Source: Selaginella moellendorffii
Taxonomy: Eukaryota > Plantae > Lycopodiophyta
DNA length: 64,000 bases
Reading direction: 5' to 3'
NCBI RefSeq assembly: GCF_000143415.4
Contig: NW_003314334.1
Location: 699,614 to 763,613, forward strand
This document shows positions 14,169 through 26,575 of this stretch, one piece after another. The translations under genes and the position numbers were made by a program. The number at the start of each line of letters is the position of its first letter. Positions within the stretch are counted from its first letter, which is position 1. Under the pieces are notes generated by a model, which saw only the letters and a list, made by a program, of their open reading frames with translations, searched no databases and had not been told where the DNA came from.

Positions 14169-15306
14169 TGTAGCGCACGTGGTTTTGACCCTTTATCCTA
14201 TGGTGATTTACCATAGGATAACACCACAAAGCGGAACCTAAACCCTCTTTGTGCTACATGACAGATGCCATGTGTCACATGCCACGTGTCCAAAGGAATG
14301 TGGTGCGGAACTCGAGGTTCAGGGCCTTGGGCCATTGAATAAAGGAATGGTGCCAAACTCCCAAGCATGGAGCTAAGCAGTGATGGAACCGAACCACGGA
14401 GCAACTCCCGAACATAAAGCCCAAGGAGCAAAGGGATAGAAGCCCGGAGCAACTTGGAATAGTCCTAGAGCAACCAACATCCCAATGCCAGGACTAGCAC
14501 GTAAAACGGAGCCATATGGAGTCTAGTGTTATTTCAGCATATCGGTGGCCTAACGTGAGGACATGGGTACTCCACCAGCTAGTATGGTGTGGAGCTTGGG
14601 CTTAGACCCAAGCTGGATGTAGAACAAGGATAGGCACGTAAGCGGGAGCTAGACTATGCCTTAGGTTTGGTTGGTCATGCCCAACCTACCTACTATCCCT
14701 ACTATATATTTGGAGTCCCCTACCCCCCCCCACTTGAGGAACACATGCTTTAGGCTTTCACCCCAAGCCTCCCTTAGTATCAAGAGTTAGTCTCTGGGAC
14801 AAGCTTAAAACTTACTAAATATGGAATGGTGCTAGAATGCAAATTTAGACACGGGACGAACACCATTGTGTTTAGACCAATCTCTACATTCCGTAGATAT
14901 GCCAAATAAGCAAATCTAGACACTTTCCATAATTAGCATTTGGGACCAAAATGAGACTAACACAAAGGGCATGATAGCGAGGGTGTTTGGCAAACACGGT
15001 AAACTATCATCTAGCGAATATTGAGGGACCAATCTTAATATCGCGGGGGTTCTTGATACTAGCAAGTGCAAGCCAATGACTCAAGTTTCTCAAACCAGCC
15101 CGAGTATGCTCAACAACAAACACATAGGGTTTCTACCTTATGTTTATCTAATATAAGTGCATGGTCATTGACCAGTTTCTCAACTAGCTCAAGTGGGAAA
15201 CTGATAACGGGTCCAACAATACCGACTTCCTGCCGTCGTGGCAGTAAGGAAAGAATATCCGAAAGGACTAGCCTAACTTTCGATACCCAAAGTCACATTC
15301 GCGACA
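14169..15306. mobile_element. Solo LTR of family 2, inverted relative to 12681-13822, TSD AAGAG
   Basis: TG...CA termini; AAGAG at 14164-14168 and 15307-15311; interrupts the host 5' LTR. Confidence 0.9.
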
Positions 15307-15812
15307 AAGAGCGAGCGGTCCGGATTGAAACTAATCTGACGGCTACCAAAATCCCGTTACGCTAATATTAGTATATGGCATCATAGCCATACACTTGGCC
15401 CTCACAAGTAGTAATATATTAATGTTCATAAAAACTTATTATTTTATATTCTAAGTAAAATGCATAATTAAGTAATGTCTTGCAGTAATTATTCTCTTTT
15501 GTTTGATAAAATCTTAAGTTAAGTTTATCCCAAGTAAAAATATAATTTTTATATAACATATTATTAATAATAGAAAATTCATTTATACTTTTTGCTGGGT
15601 CAGGTATTTTTCAACATATATTTATATTTCCAAATATTAATTTGTATTTTATATTTTATTAATAAATATTTATTCTTACTTATGCTTAGGAATATATTTT
15701 ATTCTAGATATTTATATTATCAAATTTACAAGATTAGATTTTGTATTAATCTAGCATTTTTTTGCATAATTCCCTCAATTCTTCTTTCAAAATGGAATAC
15801 AATATTTATTAT

Positions 15813-18800
15813 TGTGAGGGCCAAGTGTATAGCTACGATGCCGTATATTATTATTAGCGTAGTAGGATTTTAGTAGCCGTCGGATTGGTTTCAATCTAAA
15901 CCACTCACTCTTGTATATAAGCTAAGGTTTTTGGGCTAATTGAGAGGCACATTTTCTGTATTCCCTTTCTATATTCCAAGCACTCACATTGGTGGAAGTG
16001 AAGGGCAGCTTTGATTGTCCCTGAGGAGTGCTTGAATTTGGGATTTTGGTTTAGATCTAGCTTTTTGCATTGTCTAGATCTCCCATTTCCTTCTCGCTTT
16101 TTGTCGTTTCTCTTCTTTTTGCTCTTTCTTCGTCTGTCTTCATGGCAGATCAACAATCTCCTCCTTTGACTTTGGAGCAGTAGTTGGTACAATTGCTTGA
16201 TGTTATGCATTTGCAATTGAACAACCAAACTCAGTTGATGGCAGTATTCACGGCACGTGGTACAACTCATCTTGTTTTTGGTGCTAACCCTCACGTTTGG
16301 CTAGAGTTCTTTCACGGGAATCCTGGGGATGATGTGTACCATTGGTTTGATCACTTCATAGTGATTGCCACATATCATTCTTGGGATGATGCTCGACGTT
16401 TGCATGAGTTTCCCACATGTCTCCAAGGGACGGTGTTGCAATGGTACAATAGTCTGCGCACAACCACTCGTGAGGATTGGAGTGTTCTCCCAAACGTCTT
16501 CAAACGTGCCTTCAGACATGCCGATGGCTGTGATGATGCCTTCCAACAATTGCATCGTCTTTGCCAAGGCCCTCTGAGTCGATGATGCAATTTGGCATTC
16601 GTTTCCGAAGTTTTTTACTTCGTGCGGAGCCAAATATGTCGGAGCGGATCAAGCTAAGAATGTTGTGGCCAGCACTTCGTCAAGATCTTGTTGGACTTGT
16701 GCATGCACTTGCTCCCACCACCCTTGACGATGCTCTTCGCTTGGCACAACGTTATGAGATGTCGCCTCTTCCACTTCTCGCTGCACGTCCTTCAGCTTCA
16801 CTTCCTTTGATGGTCTTGTTCCAATGGAGGTTGATGCTGCTGCTGCTCGAGTCCAAGGACAAGGTCGAGGACGTGGTCGTGGCCATGATGTTCGCTGCTG
16901 GGCGTGTGATAAAGTTGGTCATACTTATCGGCATTGTCGGCGGTTTTCGGATTGGTAACCTCCATTTCCTGGGTGGAGACCTTGGCGTCAGCAACGTCCC
17001 GTTGGTGCTGCTGCAGTGAATGGTTTGGACACCGAGATACATTCGGGAAACGAAGAGTCACACGAGTAACGGAGGGACATTGCGTGAATAAGTCAGGGAC
17101 CCCTCCATCTTTCTTTCGGGAGTATCATCAAGGGGTTCACTCGGCACCGGTTCATCCAATGTTTACTTTCCAAGCTCGTTTTTATAACAAGAGATCTCCT
17201 ATTATTCTCTCCGTGTTGATTGATACAGGTTCGAGTTTATCTTCTATTGCTCGACCTGTTGCCACACATTGCTGTCTACACTTGTGTCGTATGGCGGAAC
17301 CAGTTTACATTCTTTATAGCAACAGCCGTACACATGCATGTGCACTAGATGAGGTGGACCTAGTTGTGCGTATGAGCGATCTCGAGCTTGAGTTGCAGTC
17401 ATTGTGGGTGGTGCCGAGTCAAGCTTTTGACCTCATTCTTGGTATGGATTGATTGTAGCGCAATCATGCCATGTAATTACTTCCAAAAGTTTATATTGTC
17501 AAAGTGTGATTTTGAGGCTTCTCCCCCTTGTCTCATACTTTCTTATATTTCATCCATTCCTTTTCTTTATCCCTCTATTTTTACCTTTGCTTCCATTACT
17601 TTTATTCCCCCACTATTTCCTCCTATATTTCCATCTTGTTTTTCTCTTCCTTTTTCCAATCCCTCCAACGATCTTTGTGTTGCAGCGGTAGACCAGCTCA
17701 TGAAGGAGTATTTTGATCTCTTTGAATTTGATCTATCATCTGGGGCCAAAATTGCCACACGTCATCCAATTCCAATCGGGGATGCTCGTCCAATCAAGGT
17801 TCCTGTTCGTCGTTAGTCACCCAAGGAGATTCGGATTTTACGTGCAAATGTCAAGGAGATGTTGGAGAAGGGTGTTATTTGGAAGTTGCGGAGTCCTTGG
17901 GCATGTGAACCTCATCTTGTGACGAAGCCTAATGGGAGTATTCATTTCTACATTGACTATCGTCCGTTAAACGAAGTGACTATCCCAAATGTGTACCCTC
18001 TTCCTCACACTGCTGATTTCTTGGATTGTCTGGGGCGAAGTCGTTGGTTCACCAAGCTAGATCTTGCTTCTGGGTACTGGCAAGTATTGATGGCCGAAGA
18101 AGATATTCCTAAGATTGCCTTTCATACACCATTTGGTTTGTATAAGTTCTTGGTGATGCCGTTTGGTTTGAATAATACTCTAGCAACTTTCCAGAAGATA
18201 ATGGACAAGGTTCTTTGCGATATGCCGAAAGTGACTACTGACTTCATTCATGATGTCTTGATCCACTCGGAGGAGACGTGGGAGGAGCACGTTCGTGATG
18301 TTTGTAAAGCGTTGGATTGGCTACGCGATATTGGTTTAAAGCTGAAGCGGTTGAAGTGCGTGTTTGGGTCCAAGGATACAACTTATCTTAGGTACCGTAT
18401 TTCTCGTGAGGGTTTGTAAGTTGATCTTGACAAACTTGTGGCTGTTCTAAAGTTCCCTACTCCGAAATGTGTGAATGATGTGCAGCGCTTCTTGGGCAAG
18501 GTGCAGTATCTCGGTCGTTTTGTGGATCATCTTTCTGATCTTACTGCACCATTGCGAGCATTGCTGAAGTCATCAACATCATTTTTCATTTAGTCTCTGG
18601 ATTGTGAGCAGGCGTTTGGGGATCTCAAAGAGTTGTTAACAACTTCTTCGGTTTTGGTATATCCTAACTACACTCAACCTTTTATTTTGCACATGGATGC
18701 TTCTGACATTGGTTTTGGAGGTGTGTTGATGCAAGAGAGCTCAAGTGTGCTTAGTCAGCGCCATCCCATTGCGTATATAAGCCGTACATTACAACCAGCG

Positions 18801-20759
18801 GAAATGAACTACTCTACTACAGAGAAAGAGTGTTTAGCAACAGTTTGGGGTTTCGAAAAACTTCATACATATTTACATGGTTCTTGGACGTTACTTGAAG
18901 ATGATCATGTTGCTGTTACTTCATTATTGAAGCAGAAGAACTTGGTTGGTCGTACTACTCGATGGGCTTTGAAACTTCAGATATATGATTTTGATGTTGT
19001 TCATCGCTTAGGGAGTTCTATGGCTGATGCTGATGCCCTTTCTTGAGCTCCTCTTCCTTCTCCATTCTCTTCTCATGTTTCTGACGAGCCTGTTGTTCCA
19101 GCCTTTGTGGATTTTCTAGACGAGGATTCTGTGCTGTCGGCGGTTGTTGTACTTGACATTCAGTGTCCACAAGGCGCAGAGCAAGATTTACCTTCTCTTC
19201 ATGAGGTTCGCAAGGCTCAAAATATTGAGCCGTGGATTCAAAGGCTTCGAGATGGGTTTAAGAATCCTACATCACTTACTAATGACTTGCCTTTCCGGCA
19301 TTTACATTCTTAATATCGCCTTGAAGACGGCCTTCTTTATTTTATGAGGATGGATCATGATGATCATTTACGGATGGTGGTGCCTTCTATCTTTATTCCA
19401 CAGTTTCTCCATGCCTACCATGATTCTCCTATTCTAAGTGGGCATATGGGACATCGTTGTGTAACCAAGAAGCTACACAGGTCTTTCTATTAGCCGGAGA
19501 TGCAACGTGATATTATTCGGTATGTGTATAGTTGCATTTGGTGCCAAGCTCGTAATACTCCCCCTCGAGCTGCAGAAGGACAGTTGGAGTCAATTGCAAT
19601 TTCCCGTCCATTTGAGTTGGTGGCGTTTGATCTTATGTGACCTTTTCCACAGTTAACTGCTAGCAATGAGTATGTTATTATTGCTTTTAACTACTTGACT
19701 TGTTGGGTGGAAGTTGATGCTCTTGCTAGCGCCTCTGCAACTGCTGTTAAATACTTCCTCCTTAATCGAGTGGTGCTCCAGCATTCTTGTCCAAAGCGGA
19801 TTCTTTTGGATAATGGTCCCGCATTTATGGCTGAGGCATTTCATGTTTTGACGTCTCGGTTGGGGATATGCCACACTTTCACGAGTGTTTATCATCCACA
19901 ATCATATGGTCTGGTGGAACGGCTCGTTCGGACATTCAAAGGGATGATTGCAAAGTATGTGAACTTTTAGCATTCGGATTGGGATGGTTATTTGCCGTCT
20001 ATTCGGTATGCATATGTCACAGGGGTGTAGAGTTCTATTGGTGCTTCACCATATAAACTTCTATATGGTCATGATCCAATATTACTAACGAAGCTGGGTT
20101 TACCTTTGCGATTGCCACGAGCTGCGGATGCTAGGTCATGGGATTAGTATTTGACGAGCATTCTTCCACTTGTTCGAGTGGAGTCTGCCGAATACTTAGG
20201 CCACATACAAGTAGGACAACAATGGCGGTACAACTCCCATCACCGTCCACCTGCGGAATACAAAGTGGATGATTTGGTGTTAGTATGTTTTCTCTATCTT
20301 ATGGTACATAGTTTATCTAAGGGGCTCCTTGCACAGTAGAAAGGACCATATCAAGTGTTGTGGCAAGTTGGACCACAAGTTTATGAGGTTCAGCATAATG
20401 TCCAGTAGGCCGATCCTCCAGAGGTTGTACATGTGTAGCAGTTGAAATGTTTCATACAAAGGATCATGAGTAGTTAATACCACCTACAAATCCGCCGATG
20501 CCTCCTCCTAACGTTCCTCCAGATCCCGGCCTGTCTACAAGAGAACCCTGATGGTCTTCCATTATTCCGAGATGAGGGGATGATGTGAGGGCCAAGTGTA
20601 CGGCTACGATGCCGTATGCTAATATTAGCGTAGTGGGATTTTGGTAGCTGTCGAATTGGTTTCAATCCGGACCATTCGCTCTTGTATATAAGTTAGGATT
20701 TTTGGGTTAATTGAGAGGCACATTTTATGTATTCCCTTTCTATATTTCAAGCACTCACA
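15813..20759 (+). mobile_element. Ty3/gypsy family 1, copy 3 (full length, decayed), 4-bp TSD TTAT
   Basis: LTRs 15813-15988 and 20584-20759 (TG...CA); PBS TGGTGGAAGTGAAGGG; gag-PR-RT-RH-INT with many premature stops; TTAT on both flanks. Confidence 0.97.
17045..17106 (+). promoter_or_regulatory. Putative -1 frameshift heptamer and H-type pseudoknot, copy 3
   Basis: GGGAAAC, 6-nt spacer, stem TCACACGAGT/ACATTGCGTGA, loop GGAGGG complementary to downstream CCCTCC; -1 frame is ORF 16934-17452, which contains LIDTGS. Confidence 0.75.
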
Positions 20760-21309
20760 TTATTTTGATACTATTCCAATTTATTTTTTAATATATTAAA
20801 AAATCAAAATAATATTTTACTAATAGCACAGCATATGCTAGACAAGTGTTATGAGGTAAAGCTTTTCAGTGCATCCTGACAATTTGGCAGTTGAGATTTG
20901 ACTTTGAAATCTTTCTAGAGTCAAGAGCTAGATAGATTTGAGGCAATAACTCTGGGGACCAGGAACACAGTTTATCCTGGATGGGGATTTAGCAAGCTTT
21001 CAACATTAAATGGGAAGCAAGAACTCAACGTTTTGATAGAAAGTAAGCTAAAAAGTCTTATAATGGCATCCTAGGGAAATTTGTTATTACCCAGTAACTA
21101 TGCCCCCTTGAGAAGTTAGATGTGTGCTCAGAGGTAGATTGTAACCAGCTCTTATTCTTTCTTCCCTGTTAACGGATTTTAAGTTCAAGGAGCAAGTTAG
21201 TATTGTGGATGAAGATAAGATGCTTAATGAAGTCTTTTGACTTGATGATCGTGATTTTTTTTCATGATTGAGCCTGCTAATTCCCTAGATTCATTTTGTT
21301 TTCTAACTG

Positions 21310-22332
21310 GCTGAGAGCTATTCGCTTTGAACTGAAAGTTACACTCAGACAGTCTCATGGATTCACCTCGGGTTTATTGTGTTCCATGAGGCACTTGTCG
21401 GTACGAGTAAAAGAAGTCATGGTGCTACTGCTTTGTACTTCCTCAAAGAGTAACGGCATAAACGCTTTGGCTTCTTTGTGCAGTCACTCATACAACACGG
21501 ATTTCCTGAAGCGGCTGGTCTCCAAGACGTGATGGTCATAGAGATTGTGGAGGCTTTGTTAGAGGTCCTTATTTAAGTGTGAGCCATCTTTTGCAGGTCA
21601 CTGGTTGACGCTACCGGGAAATGCTAGAGGATGGAGGCATCCTCCAGTCACCATTTGATGGATGTTAGTGCAGGTAAAAGAATTATTGCTAGAAACTCTT
21701 ATAACTTTCTTGTGTCTTTTTTGAATTTCCAGACACTGGACATCCGCGTTTGCTGGATACGATTGCTCTGAGAATTACTTGCGAGTGGAGACATGTTAGT
21801 TGTTCTCTTATTCTTGTTTGTCTTGCTAGCTCTCAGCTCAGACTTGCCTAAAAGCATTGGCATACATGGAGCCAGAAAAACATCAAAGCCTTGACAAGCC
21901 CAATGGACGAGCCTTTGATGCGAAGACTGTAGGACAAAATGCTTGACACGGTTGGATACCTAATAGTGCAGAAAGCTTCATTGTACTTCGGAATTGCTCG
22001 CAGCCGTGGCATTGAAGACACCTTATATAGCCAGCTTTCAATCACTTGCATAGATAAAAAACTAGAGTTTGCATTTAGCAAGAAAAACATACAAGAAGAG
22101 CTGCTTTCTATCTTTCTACTTCTTGCTAAAGAAGGCAATGAAGAAAGCTACATTTGCACACGCAGTAGTAATGGCTCCCGTGAGATGGGCGTAGTCCGTC
22201 TCCCAATGGGAGAAAATTCCCCAAAGCAAAGATGACACAAGAGAAAACAGTGAGAACCCGAAGTACAGATGTGAACGTGGAAAATCAAGCTGAAGAACTC
22301 CACGCAGGCCAAGAGGAAAGGCTGATGCTACG
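21310..22332 (-). pseudogene. 3' part of uncharacterised multi-pass membrane family B (paralog of 50240-52502)
   Basis: [12 protein letters not shown]...LWGIFSHWETDYAHLTGA peptide; nucleotide near-identity to 50240-51275. Confidence 0.7.
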
Positions 22333-22545
22333 TTCCCGACACGGAGGAGATCTTTCATGACGTTGGCGAGGAGCAAAAGGAGGAGCTGTTGCAAAAAGAT
22401 GGCTGTGGCTTTTGGATTGATCTCGTCGCTGAGGAACTTGCGGGTGTGTGGGGATTGCCACTCGGCTATCAAGTCTGTATCCAAGGTGGTGGTATCTATA
22501 ACCGTGAGAGATGCTAACCGGTTCCATCACATGCAGAAACAACAA
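22327..22545 (+). pseudogene. Isolated PPR DYW-domain fragment
   Basis: [50 protein letters not shown]; HSE and terminal CSCxDYW missing. Confidence 0.9.
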
Positions 22546-23029
22546 AAAGAATGATCAGAAAAAAGGAGAAGCGAAAGCCTACCTTTAGAGCTTCAGCTCC
22601 CTTCCTTCTGGTATAACAAAACTCAAAGGAATGGAAGGAAAAATGGCAGGAACACTTCCTGTGCAGCTCAAGCTCCCGGCTCTTGAGCTGCTCCAAGACG
22701 TAGCTACTAGATCGAAAACGGCCAAGATCTCCACAAATAAAGCTAGATTGGAAAAAGGATATATACATCATTTGAGAGGCGATGTGTCCAGTCAGCTCAA
22801 TCTGCGCGCGAGCTGCTTGCCGACCATTACAAAAAGTTCGCGCTTGGTTTTATCTTTAAATATCACTAAAAGATTTGTGGTCGCTATTGCGTTTCTAGCT
22901 ATATGGATTCGAGAACGAAAACAGCCTTCACTGTCTCCGAGATCTTTTCTGAAAAGCTATTTGTTCTAAGATGAAAGAAAACCAAACACTAGTGTATTTA
23001 AATTATAGCCCTTTAAAGAGGTGTTTCTC

Positions 23030-23490
23030 ACCTAAATACCACTGGGGTTTCTATTCATGCTACATTGGAACTGGGAAGTTTGGGCTAAATTATTCTGCAA
23101 TTTGATATTGGCAACTTCCTTGCTTCGCTCCATATCTATATAGGGCTATCTGGCTGGAGGTAAGCTAGATTTATTTATGGATAATTGCTTAATAATTTGT
23201 TTCAGTTGTCTGCTACTCACTCCAAATACAAGTTATCCATGCTAGTTAGCTTTGCTATTGGAGGAGCTCACATATGTTTTACATTCATTGCTTTACAAGT
23301 GGCACATGCTTATGCAGGGACATCATCAAATTATGAGGTGGTGGATAGAGATACACAGGAATGCACTGAGGACGAATCTATACCATATGTTTCATATCAG
23401 GTATATTTACTTTTTACCCTTGATCCGGTATTTATCATATGGTTATGTTGATAATGGATATTGGATATATAAAAATATTCTGATGCTCTA
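23030..23490 (+). pseudogene. Family A remnant
   Basis: YHWGF, YSAI*YWQL and VAHAYAGTSS segments. Confidence 0.65.
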
Positions 23491-23749
23491 GTAACTTTTT
23501 GCTTTAGCAGCTTTGGTTAAAAACCAAGTGTTAGTAACATATGTCGTATCCATAATCTCGCTCATTGATTCTATAGACATTTCACTGAGGATGAGTATTG
23601 GACCAGAGGATATGCCAAGCAGGGCATATGCTAAAAGGAATTTATTGTATTCTTTTCATTGAAGCCTTTGTAAATTTCTATTCGATCAAATGCCTAGCTG
23701 TAATCCCAGCATCTGCCAAGATGAGGCAAATGGGTATAATTAAGACACT

Positions 23750-25030
23750 GAGCCCGAGAAAGATCTCGTGCTGTCGGAGCTTTCGTGCAAATCGGGAATT
23801 TGGTGGAGGTTTGAGACGATGGCGACGAAGAACTTGGCTATGCCTTGTAGAAGAGGTCAAGAGGATGTTTTTCCGGATGCCGGACTCTCGTGTCCTGGAA
23901 CGCAGAAACATCGTTGCCTACATCAATCACCGCCGCCTATGCCCAGCGGGATCCACCAGCAAATGCCCGCAAGGGACTTGATATGCGTCGCGATGCTCGG
24001 CCAGGCTGGGAGAATGGAGGACGCGCTCATGATCCAGCACAAAATGCCGAGATGGAACGTTTTCACCTGGAACGCGATCCTCTCGGGCTACGCCATCAAT
24101 GTCGTTTGACAGCATCCCGGACGAGATAGTGAATTGCCAGTGCTGGACGAACTTGATGCACGCTTACACTCGCAATGGCCGTGTGATTGAGGCTCGAGCT
24201 GTTCTTGCCGCAATGCGCACGAGAGATCTTGCGGCCTGGAACTTGATGATGGAAACATATGCCCAAAAAGCGCATTACAGGGAAGCCATCCACGACCACG
24301 CTCGATGGCGGAGTGAGGATCGATCTCGTCTCGTTCATCACCGTCCTCTCGGCTTGCAAGATCCTAATCGCCCGCGATCAGTTCGTGTCTATGGTCGCCT
24401 ATGATCGCTGACTATGGCATCGTTCCAATGGGATCACTACTCTCGAGAGATCGGAAGGCTTTGCGACGCCGAGAGTTTGCTCGAGACGATGTCTTTCGTG
24501 CCTGCCTGCCCTCTCCCATCGGCGGATTGGTGGAATACAAGAGATGGATCGCCGAAATCCCTCCAATGCCGCCGAGCTCTTCGATCATCCCGGCTCTTCG
24601 ATCGAATGCCCCATCGCGACGCTTTGCCAGGGAGCAATCCAAGAGCCTCCTATGCCACAGTGGAATCTCGTGTCCTGCAACGAGGTCGTGCAATCCTACA
24701 TCCGGAGCTCCAATCTCGGCCGAGCGAAGAAGATCCATGCCGGATCACCGTGGTCTCTTGGAACTCGCTCATTACACTGTATGCTCAGTCCGGGCATCTT
24801 GCGCTTGCCAATAACACGTTTGACGGGAAGGCGTTCCGCGATCTTGTCTCGTATATGTGACAGCCTCCCGGATTCGCGACTGCCAGGCTATGTTCGATCG
24901 CGTCTCAGAGTGACACGGAACTCGATGATCGGAGAATGCCGGCCAAGGATCTCGTGTCATGGACGAATCTACTGCTGTGCTACGCCCAGAATGGATTTCT
25001 GGAAGACTCAGACAGCGCTCGCCAACGCAG
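23750..25030 (+). pseudogene. PLS-class PPR pseudogene
   Basis: MPRWNVFTWNAILSGYA, RDLAAWNLMMETYAQ, VSWNSLITLYAQSGH, MPAKDLVSWTNLLLCYAQNG in shifting frames. Confidence 0.9.
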
Positions 25031-25199
25031 TGGGATTTGGCCACTTTATTTGTGTTTTAAACTACAATAATATCAGGCTCACTGGGAGAAGTGGCAAGGA
25101 TTTTCCCCATGCCCCCTCGCACTCTGACAGCACTTCAAATCCTTTACAAACTTTCGCATCAACCACATAATATTACACAAAAGAAGCCATATTTCTTTC

Positions 25200-26050
25200 T
25201 TAATCGGAAACATTTGCTACTCTCCCACTGCCTCTTTTTTTCATCAGAACCCGTGCTACCATTTCCCCCATTAACACCACAACAACAATAGAGTCCATGA
25301 CGCACACCATCCTGTTTCCCCACCTCCAGTCTGGATATAGACGTTTACAGACATAAATTATAGGTATGCAACCTGGCTCGCATAAAGAAAGTATAGGATA
25401 TCCACCAATCACCTCATATATGTGGTAATGATCTTGCCCTTGGCGGTCAGCAAATCCATGATTTGGAAAAAGCCATCTTTTCCAGCCAAGAAAACGGGGT
25501 GTTTCTATGAACCATCTCATTATGGCGGATGTTCCTGCACAAGAATGTGCTATTGCAGACAAAACTTGCCAAACGATAAACCAGGAGCGAGTTGAGACAT
25601 ATGTGCTTGCTAATGCACTCGCTGCTCCAATAAAAATACTAACCAGCATACAGCACCTGGAGTGCAAGAGAGTAACGATTCCAATAATAGCTGTAAAAAC
25701 ATCTTAGAAATAATATTTTATGAGACTGTCTTACCTCCAATAATATAGCCCACTGATAAAAAAGTATATATGTGGTGAGTGAAGCAAACAAGCTGCCAAT
25801 ATCGAATGGCAGCGTACTTTGGCCCAATTGTTACATAAGCCAAGTAATCCGACGTAAAACCCCAATGGTAGCCAAGGTTTAGTGCATTGCAGTCTCTTCG
25901 ACAATAGAGAACACCACTTGGGCAGTGCCACTTTGGAGGATAAAAAGTGATGTAAATGGTGAAAACATAGAAAGTAATGGCCCAAGTCATAATTATTGAA
26001 ACAGGTAAGAAGAACCACCACAATGGAACGCTTTTACTAGTAATTTCCAT
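25200..26050 (-). CDS. Family A OCT/SLC22-derived membrane protein, 268 aa, exons 26050-25735 and 25690-25200
   Basis: 44-nt GT-AG intron (25734-25691) joins the two ORFs in frame (316+491=807 nt); PxWxC..C..C..WQLVC loop, GxIIG helix and ETPRFL motif resemble plant OCTs; an extra upstream exon cannot be excluded. Confidence 0.75.
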
Positions 26051-26099
26051 ACCCAACCTTTCAAGCCCTAATAGATCCTATGCAGAATTTAAGCACAAG

Positions 26100-26575
26100 A
26101 ATCCCTTTACCAGGGGTAAACATCTGCCAATTCGATGGAACTTACTTCCACAACGATTGAAGCAAAATCGATGTCAAGAGAACGTGGAAACACTCACCGG
26201 ACAGTGTCTTTCAGCTGCTGTCATTGAATAGATTCTTGTAGAAACAATGCTCCGGCTTGGAAGCAAGGAAAATCTTCTGAGTGAAATCAAAGACGACGAT
26301 CCCGCACACCAAAACCTGGCGATATCGTGAGCAGCTGGCACGGCATGGCGCTGGAGATTTAGAGTAGGGGAATATCCAAAGTAAACTGACGGAAAACTTG
26401 TAAGCGATCAACAATCAACATTGATCTGCAGTGTATCTCGAGTGTTGATAAAGTTCTTCTGATGCCTCGTAACTCCATAGTCTATCATCAAGGTGATCGC
26501 GAGAGCGAGTGAATTTTTAACCCAGGTGCCAGGCCAAGACTCGACATCCATCATCCCGACAGTGCTTAAATTCCT
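26100..26575 (-). pseudogene. Unidentified coding remnant (also 35150-35755 and 62410-62900)
   Basis: Coding-like peptides shared by three copies (WPGTWVKNSLALAITLMIDYG, NFWMANSAVWDDDAVPAAHDIARFW); family not recognised. Confidence 0.35.

Larger units (their letters stand above)
10942..15406 (-). mobile_element. Ty3/gypsy family 1, copy 2 (internally deleted, two nested solo LTRs)
   Basis: 3' LTR 10942-11118; integrase 11230-12500; gag start fused to post-RNase H region near 12525; PBS complement 14071-14086 (TGGTGGAGGTGAGGGG); 5' LTR 14088-15406 split by an insertion. Confidence 0.95.

Noticed and set aside
5844-20759. Numerous antisense and alternate-frame ORFs in the ORF track
   Set aside because: Shadows of retrotransposon gag-pol or LTR sequence
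25718-26056. Family A as a two-gene pair (112 aa plus about 150 aa ORFs)
   Set aside because: A conserved GT-AG intron joins the ORFs in frame in all four full-length copies
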